A DNA stretch of 64,000 nt from Candidatus Zhuqueibacterota bacterium. GTDB taxonomy: Bacteria; Zhuqueibacterota; Zhuqueibacteria; Thermofontimicrobiales; Thermofontimicrobiaceae. Where the stretch lies: contig JBMOPW010000010.1 of the NCBI GenBank assembly GCA_049322915.1, forward strand, positions 73,994 through 137,993. Direction: 5' to 3'. This document shows positions 19,798 to 28,987 of this stretch, in pieces. Each line of letters begins with the position of its first letter. Position 1 is the stretch's first letter. The position numbers and the translations under genes are program-made. The notes beneath the pieces are model-generated. The model was not told the DNA's origin. It did no database searches and saw only the letters and a list, made by a program, of their open reading frames with translations.

Positions 19798-21927
19798 ATG
19801 AAAATAGAAAAAGAGATAATGGCGTTATTGCAGCAAAATTCGATTCAGGGGTATAAACCCAAGCATCTGGCCAAGTTGCTGAAAATCTCCAGCGAGGACT
19901 ATCCTGCTTTCAAACGAAAATTGAAAAAGATGGTCGCCGATGGCACGATTTACCGATACAAAAAAGGCCGATTCGGCGTTGGACAGCAGAACATTGAAAT
20001 TGTTGGCAAGCTGCATGTGAAAACCCAGGGGTACGGTTTCCTGATCACCGAAGAAAAAAGGGATGACATTTTCATCAGTCAACGGAATATGGGAACCGCT
20101 TTTCATGGTGATAGCGTCAAAGTGGAGCTGTATGCCCGGTCCGAGGGAAAAAGCCAGGAGGGGCGCGTCGTTGAAATCATCGAGCGCGCGAGGAAAAACA
20201 TCGTTGGCACTTTCCAATCGGGAAAATACTGGGGCACAGTCATCCCTGATAATTCGAAAATGCTCCGGGATATTTATATCGCACCTGACGATAAAATGAA
20301 CGCGCGGACGGGGCAGAAGGTTGTCGTCAGCCACATTGAGTGGGAGGATGAACAGGAAAATCCCACCGGGAAAATCGTGGAAATATTGGGTGATCCCGAA
20401 GCCGCCGGCGTTGATATCCTCTCGGTCATTCGTTCGTTTGATATGACGGAGAAATTTACTGCCCGCGTGCTGAATGAGGCGGAGAAGGTCTCCGCGACTA
20501 TCCCGGAGAAGGAAATCGCTCGACGACTCGATTGGCGAAAGGAGGTGACATTCACCATCGACCCTGTCGATGCCAAAGATTTCGATGATGCTGTTTCGCT
20601 GAAGCGGCTGGAGAATAACAATTATTTGTTGGGCGTTCACATCGCGGACGTGAGCTATTACGTGAGAGAAGGAAACGTTGTCGATGGCGAGGCCAGGAAT
20701 CGCGGCACTTCGGTGTATCTGGTGGATCGGGTGATTCCGATGCTGCCGGAACAGATTTCCAACAACATCTGCTCGCTCCGACCCAATGAGGATCGGCTGG
20801 TCTACTCCGTGCTCATCGAATTGACGCCGTCTGCTGATGTTGTCAATTACGAGATTCACGAAGCGGTCATCCACAGCGTCCGGCGATTCACCTACGAGGA
20901 AGTGCAGGAAATAGTCGATGGCTCGAAGAGCGATGACCCCTATCGGGAGATCATTGCTCAGATGTTCAAATTGAGCAAAGCGTTGATTAAAAAACGGACG
21001 GCCCGCGGCTGTCTTGATTTCAGTAGCCATGAAGTCCGATTCATTCTGGACGAAGATGGCAAGCCCAAAGAAATCAGAAAACTGGTTCAATTGGATAGCC
21101 ATCGCATTATCGAAGAGTTCATGGTTATGGCCAATTCGCTTGTCGCGAAACACATTGCCACGATCATCAGCGAGCAGGTTGGGTATGAGCCACCGTTCCC
21201 TTACCGCATCCATGAACGGCCTGGCGCTGAAAAGCTCCAGGATTACGTGAAATTCACCCAGGCGTTGGGCCTGGAATTTCAGACGAAAAAACGGGTCACG
21301 CCGACAATGTTTCAGCGACTTCTCCATTCCATCGACGCTGATGATCCCCGAAAAAGCCTGGTGGAGACTGTCACGGTTCGCACGATGATGAAAGCGAAGT
21401 ACTGCGCGAAAAATGAGGGTCACTTTGGATTGGCGCTGAAATATTATTGTCATTTCACCTCGCCGATTCGTCGCTACCCGGATCTCATCGCGCATCGGTT
21501 GCTCAAAATGTATCTCCAGAAGCCAATTCAACCGCCAGTGAAAAAGACCATGCTTGACAAAATGTGCAGCCATGCCACCGACCGGGAAGTGAACGCCCTC
21601 GAGGCGGAGCGCGCTTCAATTAAAGTGAAACAATTGGAATTCATGGAAGAGCGGGTTGGGGAAACCTATCCCGGCGTTATTTCCGGCATCACGTCGTTCG
21701 GAATATTTGTGGAAATCAGCGAGTTTTTAATCGAAGGTATGGTTCATATTACCAATCTGCGCGATGATTATTACATCCATGAGGTGGACCGTTATCGCCT
21801 GATCGGACAGAACACTCGAAAAATATATCAACTGGGCGACCGCGTCCAGGTCCGCGTCATGCTGGTCAACCCGGAAGAGCGGTTCATTGATTTTGATCTG
21901 GTGGAGTCGAATCGGCGGGCGAGATAG
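19798..21927 (+). CDS. rnr: Ribonuclease R
   Basis: Cold-shock domains, RNB catalytic TIDPVDAKDFDDA, HFTSPIRRYPDL, S1 domain. Confidence 0.95.
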   Translation: MKIEKEIMALLQQNSIQGYKPKHLAKLLKISSEDYPAFKRKLKKMVADGTIYRYKKGRFGVGQQNIEIVGKLHVKTQGYGFLITEEKRDDIFISQRNMGTAFHGDSVKVELYARSEGKSQEGRVVEIIERARKNIVGTFQSGKYWGTVIPDNSKMLRDIYIAPDDKMNARTGQKVVVSHIEWEDEQENPTGKIVEILGDPEAAGVDILSVIRSFDMTEKFTARVLNEAEKVSATIPEKEIARRLDWRKEVTFTIDPVDAKDFDDAVSLKRLENNNYLLGVHIADVSYYVREGNVVDGEARNRGTSVYLVDRVIPMLPEQISNNICSLRPNEDRLVYSVLIELTPSADVVNYEIHEAVIHSVRRFTYEEVQEIVDGSKSDDPYREIIAQMFKLSKALIKKRTARGCLDFSSHEVRFILDEDGKPKEIRKLVQLDSHRIIEEFMVMANSLVAKHIATIISEQVGYEPPFPYRIHERPGAEKLQDYVKFTQALGLEFQTKKRVTPTMFQRLLHSIDADDPRKSLVETVTVRTMMKAKYCAKNEGHFGLALKYYCHFTSPIRRYPDLIAHRLLKMYLQKPIQPPVKKTMLDKMCSHATDREVNALEAERASIKVKQLEFMEERVGETYPGVISGITSFGIFVEISEFLIEGMVHITNLRDDYYIHEVDRYRLIGQNTRKIYQLGDRVQVRVMLVNPEERFIDFDLVESNRRAR

Positions 21928-21930
21928 CTA

Positions 21931-21959
21931 TTGACAATCAGTCGAAAAGTGATTATATT
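21931..21959 (+). promoter_or_regulatory. sigma70-type promoter immediately after rnr
   Basis: TTGACA (21931-21936), 17 bp, TATATT (21954-21959). Confidence 0.6.
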
Positions 21960-22176
21960 CAGCCCGCAAAAATGATGCGCCTGGCAAATGGCGGATCGTT
22001 GAAAGCGCCATTCATGCAATGGATCCGCGATTACCGATGCGCCAGCTCTTTTGGTAGCGAGCGCACATGTTCACAGGCCATTGTTCATTGAAACAGCGCG
22101 CTCGATTTCATGCGCAGATAGAGAGCGCCGGATGACGAGGTCCATTCACGAAACGGCTTCGCGCCTGATAAAAACA

Positions 22177-22216
22177 AAAACGGAACACATCCCAGACTGA
22201 GGATATATTCCGTTTT
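22177..22216. terminator. Probably bidirectional intrinsic terminator
   Basis: AAAACGGAA...TTCCGTTTT stem with A/T tracts on both sides, just downstream of the minus-strand HU gene. Confidence 0.7.
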
Positions 22217-22245
22217 GGTCTCTTTAAAGCACAACGAAATCAAAC

Positions 22246-22521
22246 TTATTTCACAGCATCTTTTAAAACTTTGCTGGCCGTAAATTTGGGACGTTTCGTT
22301 GAAGGAATCTGAATCTTCTTTCCTGTCTGCAAATTTACACCAGTGCGGGCAGCGTAGGATTGCACTTTGAACGTGCCGAATCCCTGGAACGTGAAGGAAT
22401 CTCCTTTGGCCAACGCATGTTTGATTCCGGCAAATACTGCATCGATCGCTTCGCCAGCAACTTTTTTAGATGGAATACCATCAAGGCCAGCTACTTTATC
22501 GATAAGTTCAGCTTTAGTCAT
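22246..22521 (-). CDS. hup: HU-family DNA-binding protein (atypical arm)
   Basis: MTKAELI, GFGTF, PKF motifs; GAGGAGG SD. Confidence 0.9.
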   Translation of the reverse strand: MTKAELIDKVAGLDGIPSKKVAGEAIDAVFAGIKHALAKGDSFTFQGFGTFKVQSYAARTGVNLQTGKKIQIPSTKRPKFTASKVLKDAVK

Positions 22522-22592
22522 GTTAAAAGCCTCCTCTGTTAATAGTTGTGTAACAGGAATGATTAGGGTTTGTTTGCTATAAAATTTTGTTA

Positions 22593-22621
22593 ATATTAAT
22601 AAAATTTATCGTGAATGTCAA
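22593..22621 (-). promoter_or_regulatory. sigma70-type promoter of the HU gene
   Basis: TTGACA-17 bp-TAATAT on the minus strand. Confidence 0.55.
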
Positions 22622-22837
22622 CAAAAAATTTACACGAATTTGTTTTAGAAAAAAAATTAACAACAATTCCAAAAAAGTAATATTCCATCGATAGAAAAAG
22701 TTGCGGGTGATGATCTCCCTTAACATGTTAGAAAATAGGCAATAAACAGGATTGATTTTCGGGGTGTTGCATCGGTGAAGAATAGTCCATTTCTATCCCC
22801 CAAAAAAACGTGAGATAAAAAAAAGTGAGGATCGGCC

Positions 22838-23059
22838 ATGCTAATTGATAAAGTAATCGATGAATTGAATAATATCCGCCCGTTTCTTCAGGAAGATGGG
22901 GGCGACGTCGAATTCGTGGAGCTGAAAGACAGGACGGTTTTCGTCAGATTGACTGGCACGTGTGGTTCCTGCCCTTTCTCCGAATCGACTTTGCGGATGC
23001 GGATTGAGAAATCGCTGCTGGAGGCAATTCCGGAAATTGAACATGTTCAATCAGTTTAG
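22838..23059 (+). CDS. Nfu/NifU C-terminal-domain Fe-S carrier
   Basis: IRPFLQEDGGDVE...LTGTCGSCP. Confidence 0.9.
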   Translation: MLIDKVIDELNNIRPFLQEDGGDVEFVELKDRTVFVRLTGTCGSCPFSESTLRMRIEKSLLEAIPEIEHVQSV

Positions 23060-23171
23060 ATGATGCAGATTGAGAAGCGTTTCAGATAATTGAATTCGTG
23101 CCAGCCATGAGCACGGTTTGAGTTGCTTTGTGTGAACATAGAAAAACTTTAAACCAGGAGGAGCAGTTAGA

Positions 23172-23618
23172 ATGAGTCAGGCATATTCGAGTAAGGTGAT
23201 GGATCATTTTGCCAATCCGAGAAATGTGGGAGAAATTGAAGATGCCGATGGAGTCGGTTATGTGGGAAATCCTGTGTGCGGCGATGTCATGCAAATGTTT
23301 ATAAAAATAAAAGATGGTGTGATTATTGAGGCGAAGTTTAAAACATTCGGTTGCGGCGCAGCCATTGCCACGAGCAGCATGGCGACCGAATTGATCAAAG
23401 GCAAGAAAATCGAAGATGCCCTCAAACTGACAAACAAGACAGTGACCGAAGCGTTGGGCGGCTTGCCAAAGGTAAAAATGCATTGTTCCGTTCTGGCTGA
23501 AGAGGCGCTTAAAAATGCGCTGGCTGATTACTTTCATAAGAATGGATTGCCTTCTCCATTACCGTTAACCACGCACAGCGCGGACGACGACAATCATCAC
23601 TCCCATGAAAACGAGTGA
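23172..23618 (+). CDS. iscU: IscU/NifU-N Fe-S scaffold protein
   Basis: DHFANPRNVG, CGD, FGCGAAIA, LPKVKMHCSVL. Confidence 0.92.
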   Translation: MSQAYSSKVMDHFANPRNVGEIEDADGVGYVGNPVCGDVMQMFIKIKDGVIIEAKFKTFGCGAAIATSSMATELIKGKKIEDALKLTNKTVTEALGGLPKVKMHCSVLAEEALKNALADYFHKNGLPSPLPLTTHSADDDNHHSHENE

Positions 23619-24012
23619 GTGATGATCGTGAATATAAACCATATCGCGTTTCATGGAAATCTCCTGGGTTCCCCCCGATTGAATGATGAACCAATGCCTA
23701 AAATTGATACTGCACGGACGCAGGAAAGGGGCGATGGCTGGTTGCGCCGGTGATTTGCTTCGCTGGTGCGACGCCACCCGATTTGCAGGCAGTCTACTCC
23801 CATCCCAAAGCGATGCCGATGGCTATCGACAATTGTACTCGTTGGTAACTTGACACAACTCGACTCTCGCAGGCCATGAAAATACATGGTGCTGTTCAAA
23901 AACTACGAAAAAAAGTTTTTTTTATCAACTGAAACTTTCAGTGAATTAAATCATACAATATCATAACTTCAATTTTTAATTAAAGTAATATTAATATCAT
24001 GACAGGAAATCT

Positions 24013-24342
24013 ATGAAAAAGATTGCGTACATCGTCAGCAAAGATAGTACAGCAGAATTACTGGAAGAAAGCATACTGGCTCCGCTGCTCAGCAAGGAAC
24101 AGGCATGGCCAGTCAAAGGGGTGTTTTTTATCGGTGACGGGGTGTATCATTTGGTCAAGGGAAGTCGGACAGCGAAGATAATTTTTTCATTGTTGGACAA
24201 TGATGACGTGGAAATTTATGCATGCAGAATGTCTCTCAAGAACCGTAAACTTCTGAATATCATTTCAAAAAAAGTGAAAGCTGTCAGTTTGAATGACTTC
24301 TACAAAATGATGTCCGATGTTGATCATATCATAAGCTTTTAA
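24013..24342 (+). CDS. DsrE/TusD-family putative sulfur-transfer protein
   Basis: VFFIGDGVY, IYACRMSLKNR (conserved Cys position) and terminal DHIISF. Confidence 0.7.
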   Translation: MKKIAYIVSKDSTAELLEESILAPLLSKEQAWPVKGVFFIGDGVYHLVKGSRTAKIIFSLLDNDDVEIYACRMSLKNRKLLNIISKKVKAVSLNDFYKMMSDVDHIISF

Positions 24343-24580
24343 TCCTGATGTTGTAAGCGGATCGTTCGATTTGTTGTCGAGAAGTCATTCCACTCAATTT
24401 TGTACTGCGCTATTTTTCTGTTACCTGCTCAGGGAAAAAAGAAATTACCCATTGATTTTTCCACTCGAATTCCATTGTATTGCCGATGATTTCAAATTTA
24501 ACTCACAAAATGGTCATTGCTCATAAAAATCGGCATATCTAACATATTATAAAAATTTATTGTAATCTATAAAAAAGTCG

Positions 24581-24609
24581 TTGACATTTTACTGTTGATT
24601 TTGTATTAT
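24581..24609 (+). promoter_or_regulatory. sigma70-type promoter
   Basis: TTGACA-17 bp-TATTAT upstream of the MBL gene. Confidence 0.55.
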
Positions 24610-24908
24610 GAATAATAATTAACGCTTTAATAAAGCTTATATTACAACAGACGATTTTTTGTAGGTGATTATTCATTAGTAAGTTCAGTGAATTAATTCA
24701 ATGCGACTGATATTTGGGTGTTATTCGCTCCAATTCAATTGTGACAGTCGACACAATGAAAATCTCTGAATTCGTTAAATTAATGGCCGTAGATCAGATT
24801 CACGGAATTCAGGGAGGCATATCACTTTTTTATTTATCTGAACTTTGATTTTAAGTATTCATCGAAAGATAGTCGATGAATATTTCGAATAATGGGGAGG
24901 CATAGAGT

Positions 24909-25751
24909 ATGGAACTAAGATTCTGGGGCACACGAGGTTCTATTCCTTCTCCCGGGCCGGAAACAGTCAGATATGGCGGAAATACAACGTGTGTGGAACT
25001 CATTTTAGATGATGGCACTCTCATTGTTTTCGATGCCGGTACGGGGATTCGTGGACTTGGGGATAGTCTGATAAAGCAGAAGCGAAACGGGGTCATCCAT
25101 TTATTTCTAACGCATTCACATTGGGATCATATTCAAGGCTTTCCGTTTTTTGCGCCTGCGTATACAGGAGATACTGAACTGAAAATTTTCGGTTGCCCTC
25201 CTACCTATAATAAACTGCGGGAAATTTTGACCAACCAGATGGAATCCAAATTCTTTCCTGTGAATTTCGAACAATTGAACGCGAAGATCAGTTTTCAGGA
25301 AATTTGTAATGGTGAACATCCTATTGGTGACGCCAGATTTTCTTTCATCCGAAACAACCACCCCGGAGTGGCATACGGTTTTCGAATTGAAGAAAAAGGT
25401 AAATCCATCGTATTCATAACAGACAACGAATTGAAACCGCCGAATAGCGCTAATACGCCCTGGCACGAATTTGTAGCATTTTGCAGGCATGCCGACCTGT
25501 TGGTGCATGACGCTCATTACCGGCAGGTAGAGATGTCCGAGACTGCCGGCTTTGGTCATTCTTCCTACGAACAAGCGTTCAGCCTGGGCATTGAAGCTGA
25601 AACGAAGCACCTCATCTTTTTTCATCACCGGCCAGAGAGAAGCGATGATGAAATCGACACGATCATTGAAAGTTACGAACGGCAGTTGGCACTGATGCAT
25701 ATCGATATGAAACTCGACGCAGCGACTGAGGGTTTAAGTTATAAAATCTAA
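24909..25751 (+). CDS. MBL-fold metallo-hydrolase (RNase Z/phosphodiesterase-like)
   Basis: FWGTRGSIP, YGGNTTC, DAGTG, THSHWDH, GHSS, HHRP. Confidence 0.9.
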   Translation: MELRFWGTRGSIPSPGPETVRYGGNTTCVELILDDGTLIVFDAGTGIRGLGDSLIKQKRNGVIHLFLTHSHWDHIQGFPFFAPAYTGDTELKIFGCPPTYNKLREILTNQMESKFFPVNFEQLNAKISFQEICNGEHPIGDARFSFIRNNHPGVAYGFRIEEKGKSIVFITDNELKPPNSANTPWHEFVAFCRHADLLVHDAHYRQVEMSETAGFGHSSYEQAFSLGIEAETKHLIFFHHRPERSDDEIDTIIESYERQLALMHIDMKLDAATEGLSYKI

Positions 25752-25792
25752 TCTTCACAGTGAGTCTGGATACTTAATTGTGGAGGCAGAGA

Positions 25793-26278
25793 ATGATAAC
25801 GAGGTTTTCCGGCAAAGAAATAATCGAAATGGCAATTCGTATTGAAGTGAAAGACCAGGAATTTTATAAAGGGCTGGAAGAACGGGCGACGACTCATGAT
25901 TTGAAGCAGCTCTATCATTGGCTCGCTATTGAAGAGGAGAAGCATATTCATGTCTTTGAAAAAATGAAGCAATTTGTTGAGCGTATTGAACTGCGCAATC
26001 CTCAGGAATGGCAGGAGGCCATGCTTTATTTTGACGCGCTGATCCGGACCAGAGTATTTGCAGAGACCCCTGATGCAAATTCGCTGATTAATGAATTGAA
26101 GGACGATATTGGCGCTATTCAAATTGCAATCAGTTTTGAAAAGGATAGTATTTTGTTTTTCCAGGAAATGAATACGCTGGTTGACGACAGAGAAAAAGAT
26201 ATCATCGAGAAACTCATTATCGAAGAGAAAGGCCATATTCTGAAGCTGCTGAAAATGATGCAGCATGTCACGGCCTGA
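25793..26278 (+). CDS. Ferritin-like/rubrerythrin-type diiron protein
   Basis: AIRIE...FY, EEEKH, AISFEKDS..F, EEKGH paired ExxH motifs; GGAGG SD. Confidence 0.85.
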   Translation: MITRFSGKEIIEMAIRIEVKDQEFYKGLEERATTHDLKQLYHWLAIEEEKHIHVFEKMKQFVERIELRNPQEWQEAMLYFDALIRTRVFAETPDANSLINELKDDIGAIQIAISFEKDSILFFQEMNTLVDDREKDIIEKLIIEEKGHILKLLKMMQHVTA

Positions 26279-26690
26279 AAGCAGTAGAAGTCGTTGCCGG
26301 TAACGGTGTGCTCCGACAGGAACACAGTGGCTGCAGGTGATGGATGTTCCTGAGATGTTCCTGATGAAGCGATACAAATTCATATCCTAAATCCATGTCA
26401 ACTTTCGGAATTGATGATGAAATGAATGAACGTACCTAAATTGTGAGGTGCTTGTTTTCAAAAATTAAATGACATCCATCCTACCTGTTTCGCATCTTTG
26501 ACTCTTCATCGAGCGTAGAATGAACGTGTTACGTTCAAAAATCAGACAATCTATAATCCAGCGAGCATATTGTGTGTTTCAGAGTTTGCATCAATCCTTG
26601 TTGCCTGCATGAAAATGCACGCGCATCAGAGTTGTGGTCAACTATAGATTGTTCCTTCTCTCCAATCTTCTCAATCGAAAAGGGCGCGCC

Positions 26691-27551
26691 ATGAAAAATA
26701 AATTTCGTTCAAATAGCGTAAGTACTGTCCTGTCAAAATACCTGCACGACATTCAGCGGATCCCCATGATCTCCATGAAGGAAGAAGTGCAACTGGCCCA
26801 TGATATTCGAAAAGGGGACAAAAAGGCGCTGGCCAGACTGGTGAATGCCAATTTGAAATTTGTCGTTTTTATTGCCAGAGAATATCAGGACAGAGGTTTG
26901 CCGTTGGATGAATTGATCAGCGAAGGGAATCTCGGACTTCTCGAAGCGGCCAAGCGGTTCGATGTTGATCGTGGGATTAAATTCATCTCCTACGCCGTGT
27001 GGTGGATCCGACAATCCATTTTGCGGGCATTGGCCAACCATTCGCGGCTGGTGCGATTGCCCGTCAACCACATCTGGGCGTTACAAAAAGTGGCTGCCAC
27101 CATTGAAATTCTTGAACAGGATTTGGGTCGGTCTCCGGAATTGGAAGAAGTCGCAGAGAAGATGAATGTCACGACGCGAACATTGTCAAAAAATATGATG
27201 TATTGGGGACGCGAGCTTTCTTTAGAGGATTCCACTCGGCCGACGGATGAAAGTCTGGCGTTGATCGAGAAGCTGAGCAGCGACGAGTTTGCCGCTCCAT
27301 CCAGCGGGCTGATCGAAGAATCCATGAAGACTGAAATTAAACTGGCGTTGGAGTCGCTGACTAAAACTGAAGCGGAAGTGATTCGATTGTACTTTGGAAT
27401 CGAGAACGATCGTACAATGACTCTGCTCGAAATTGGGAGCGAGATGAATTTGAGTCGGGAGAGGATCAGGCAGATCAAAAATAAAGCGCTACGCAAACTG
27501 CGATACCTTCATCGTCGCGAAAATCTCAGACCGTATCTGGACAGATCTTGA
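26691..27551 (+). CDS. RpoD/SigA-family sigma-70 factor lacking region 1.1
   Basis: NLKFVVFIA, LISEGNLGL, KFISYAVWWIRQSI and the region 4 LSRERIRQI. Confidence 0.9.
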   Translation: MKNKFRSNSVSTVLSKYLHDIQRIPMISMKEEVQLAHDIRKGDKKALARLVNANLKFVVFIAREYQDRGLPLDELISEGNLGLLEAAKRFDVDRGIKFISYAVWWIRQSILRALANHSRLVRLPVNHIWALQKVAATIEILEQDLGRSPELEEVAEKMNVTTRTLSKNMMYWGRELSLEDSTRPTDESLALIEKLSSDEFAAPSSGLIEESMKTEIKLALESLTKTEAEVIRLYFGIENDRTMTLLEIGSEMNLSRERIRQIKNKALRKLRYLHRRENLRPYLDRS

Positions 27552-28060
27552 GAGGTCCAAATCCCTTTCCTGCCGGTCGCATGTCAATGGATTTCATCGT
27601 ACCCCGGGAATTTCTACGCATTGAATCGCCGGGTGCAGCTACTGCAAGCCTTTGCTCCGGGAACATCCATCGATCCGGTTCGAACTTCGCACCGGCGCGT
27701 GGCAGAGAATAAAGCTGATTCCTTTGCGGAGTTCGATTGCATTCATAGTTTTGCTTTTTCTCTTCGCGCCGGGGTAATGCCCGGACATAAAAAATAATCC
27801 GAACGTATGCAAGACCCGGCCATAGCGCTCCGCTGATAAATGTGACATGAACTCCATGCCTGACAACGGCCATCGCACTTCCCCGAGTGTTACCACCCTG
27901 AAACAGATTCATATAAAAAAACAGTGGTCATTTCACATGCCATGCGCGTATGATTGAAAAGAATGATGGGCGGCAGCGCATGAAATTATCACCGGGACAA
28001 TAGCGAAGACAGCGCGCAGCGTGCGCTGTAACCGAATCTTGCCCAGTCAGGAATCGAAGG

Positions 28061-28903
28061 ATGTTATTAGGAGCACATGTATCCGTGAGCGGCGGCGTCG
28101 AGAATGCCCCGCAGCGCGCTGAAATTCTCGGCTGCACTGCCATGCAGATTTTTACTCGCAACCAGAGGCAGTGGGAATCGAAGCCATTGCTGCCGGAGCA
28201 CATCGACCGTTTCATGGCCAATCTGGCCGTGACCTCTGTCCGTTCTGTCATCGCTCATAATTCGTATTTGATTAACCTGGGAACTTCAGACCCTGCCGTG
28301 CGTGAAAAATCCCTCAATGCGTTTTTGGATGAAATACAACGCGCCGAAAAATTAAGAATCCCCTGCCTGGTCTTTCATCCGGGATCCCATCTCGGAATTG
28401 GCGAGGAAAAAGGTTTGGCGTTGATTGCCGATCATGTGAACGAGCTATTGGAAAAAACAGCGCACTTCGGGATTAAACTGTTGCTGGAAACGACTGCCGG
28501 ACAGGGCACTGGCCTCGGACATACCTTTGCTCAATTGCAGTCCATTTTATCGCGGGTGCGAACAGCAGACCGATTGGGTGTGTGTGTTGACACCTGCCAC
28601 GTTTTCGCTGCCGGGTACGACCTCCGAACGCGGGAGGCATACACAGCGACGATGTCGCAATTCGACGGAGAGATTGGCCTGGATCGGATTCAGGCGATTC
28701 ATCTCAATGATTCCAAAAAGCCGCTTGGTTCGCGCGTTGATCGCCATGAAAACATCGGCCAGGGTTTCATCGGTCCCGAGGCGTTCCGCTTTATCATGAA
28801 TGACGCCCGGTTGCTGCATGTCCCCAAAATTCTGGAAACGCCCGGAGGCGATGCGTATTTTCTGAAAAATTTGAATCTGCTCAGAAGTCTTGTTGAGAAG
28901 TAA
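28061..28903 (+). CDS. nfo: Endonuclease IV
   Basis: LGAHVS, HNSYLINL, FHPGSH, ETTAGQG, DTCH, HLNDSK, DRHENIG, ILETP. Confidence 0.95.
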   Translation: MLLGAHVSVSGGVENAPQRAEILGCTAMQIFTRNQRQWESKPLLPEHIDRFMANLAVTSVRSVIAHNSYLINLGTSDPAVREKSLNAFLDEIQRAEKLRIPCLVFHPGSHLGIGEEKGLALIADHVNELLEKTAHFGIKLLLETTAGQGTGLGHTFAQLQSILSRVRTADRLGVCVDTCHVFAAGYDLRTREAYTATMSQFDGEIGLDRIQAIHLNDSKKPLGSRVDRHENIGQGFIGPEAFRFIMNDARLLHVPKILETPGGDAYFLKNLNLLRSLVEK

Positions 28904-28987
28904 CCAGTTCAGTTCAGTCGTATTGATAAAAAGTTGAATTCCGATTTTTCAAACGAGAAGAAAAATCATTTTAAGACAGGAGAAATC

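Noticed and set aside
19825..21573. Long antisense ORFs (e.g. 582 aa opposite rnr; also 813-1742, 1882-3039, 29291-30223, 34104-35300, 56115-57470)
   Set aside because: They are shadows of well-supported genes on the other strand in GC-rich DNA and show no recognisable motifs.
23690..23880. GU-rich hairpin spanning a TGA after iscU, considered as a selenoprotein/SECIS
   Set aside because: The read-through peptide has no recognisable similarity or redox motif, and the TGA lies inside the stem rather than just upstream of it.
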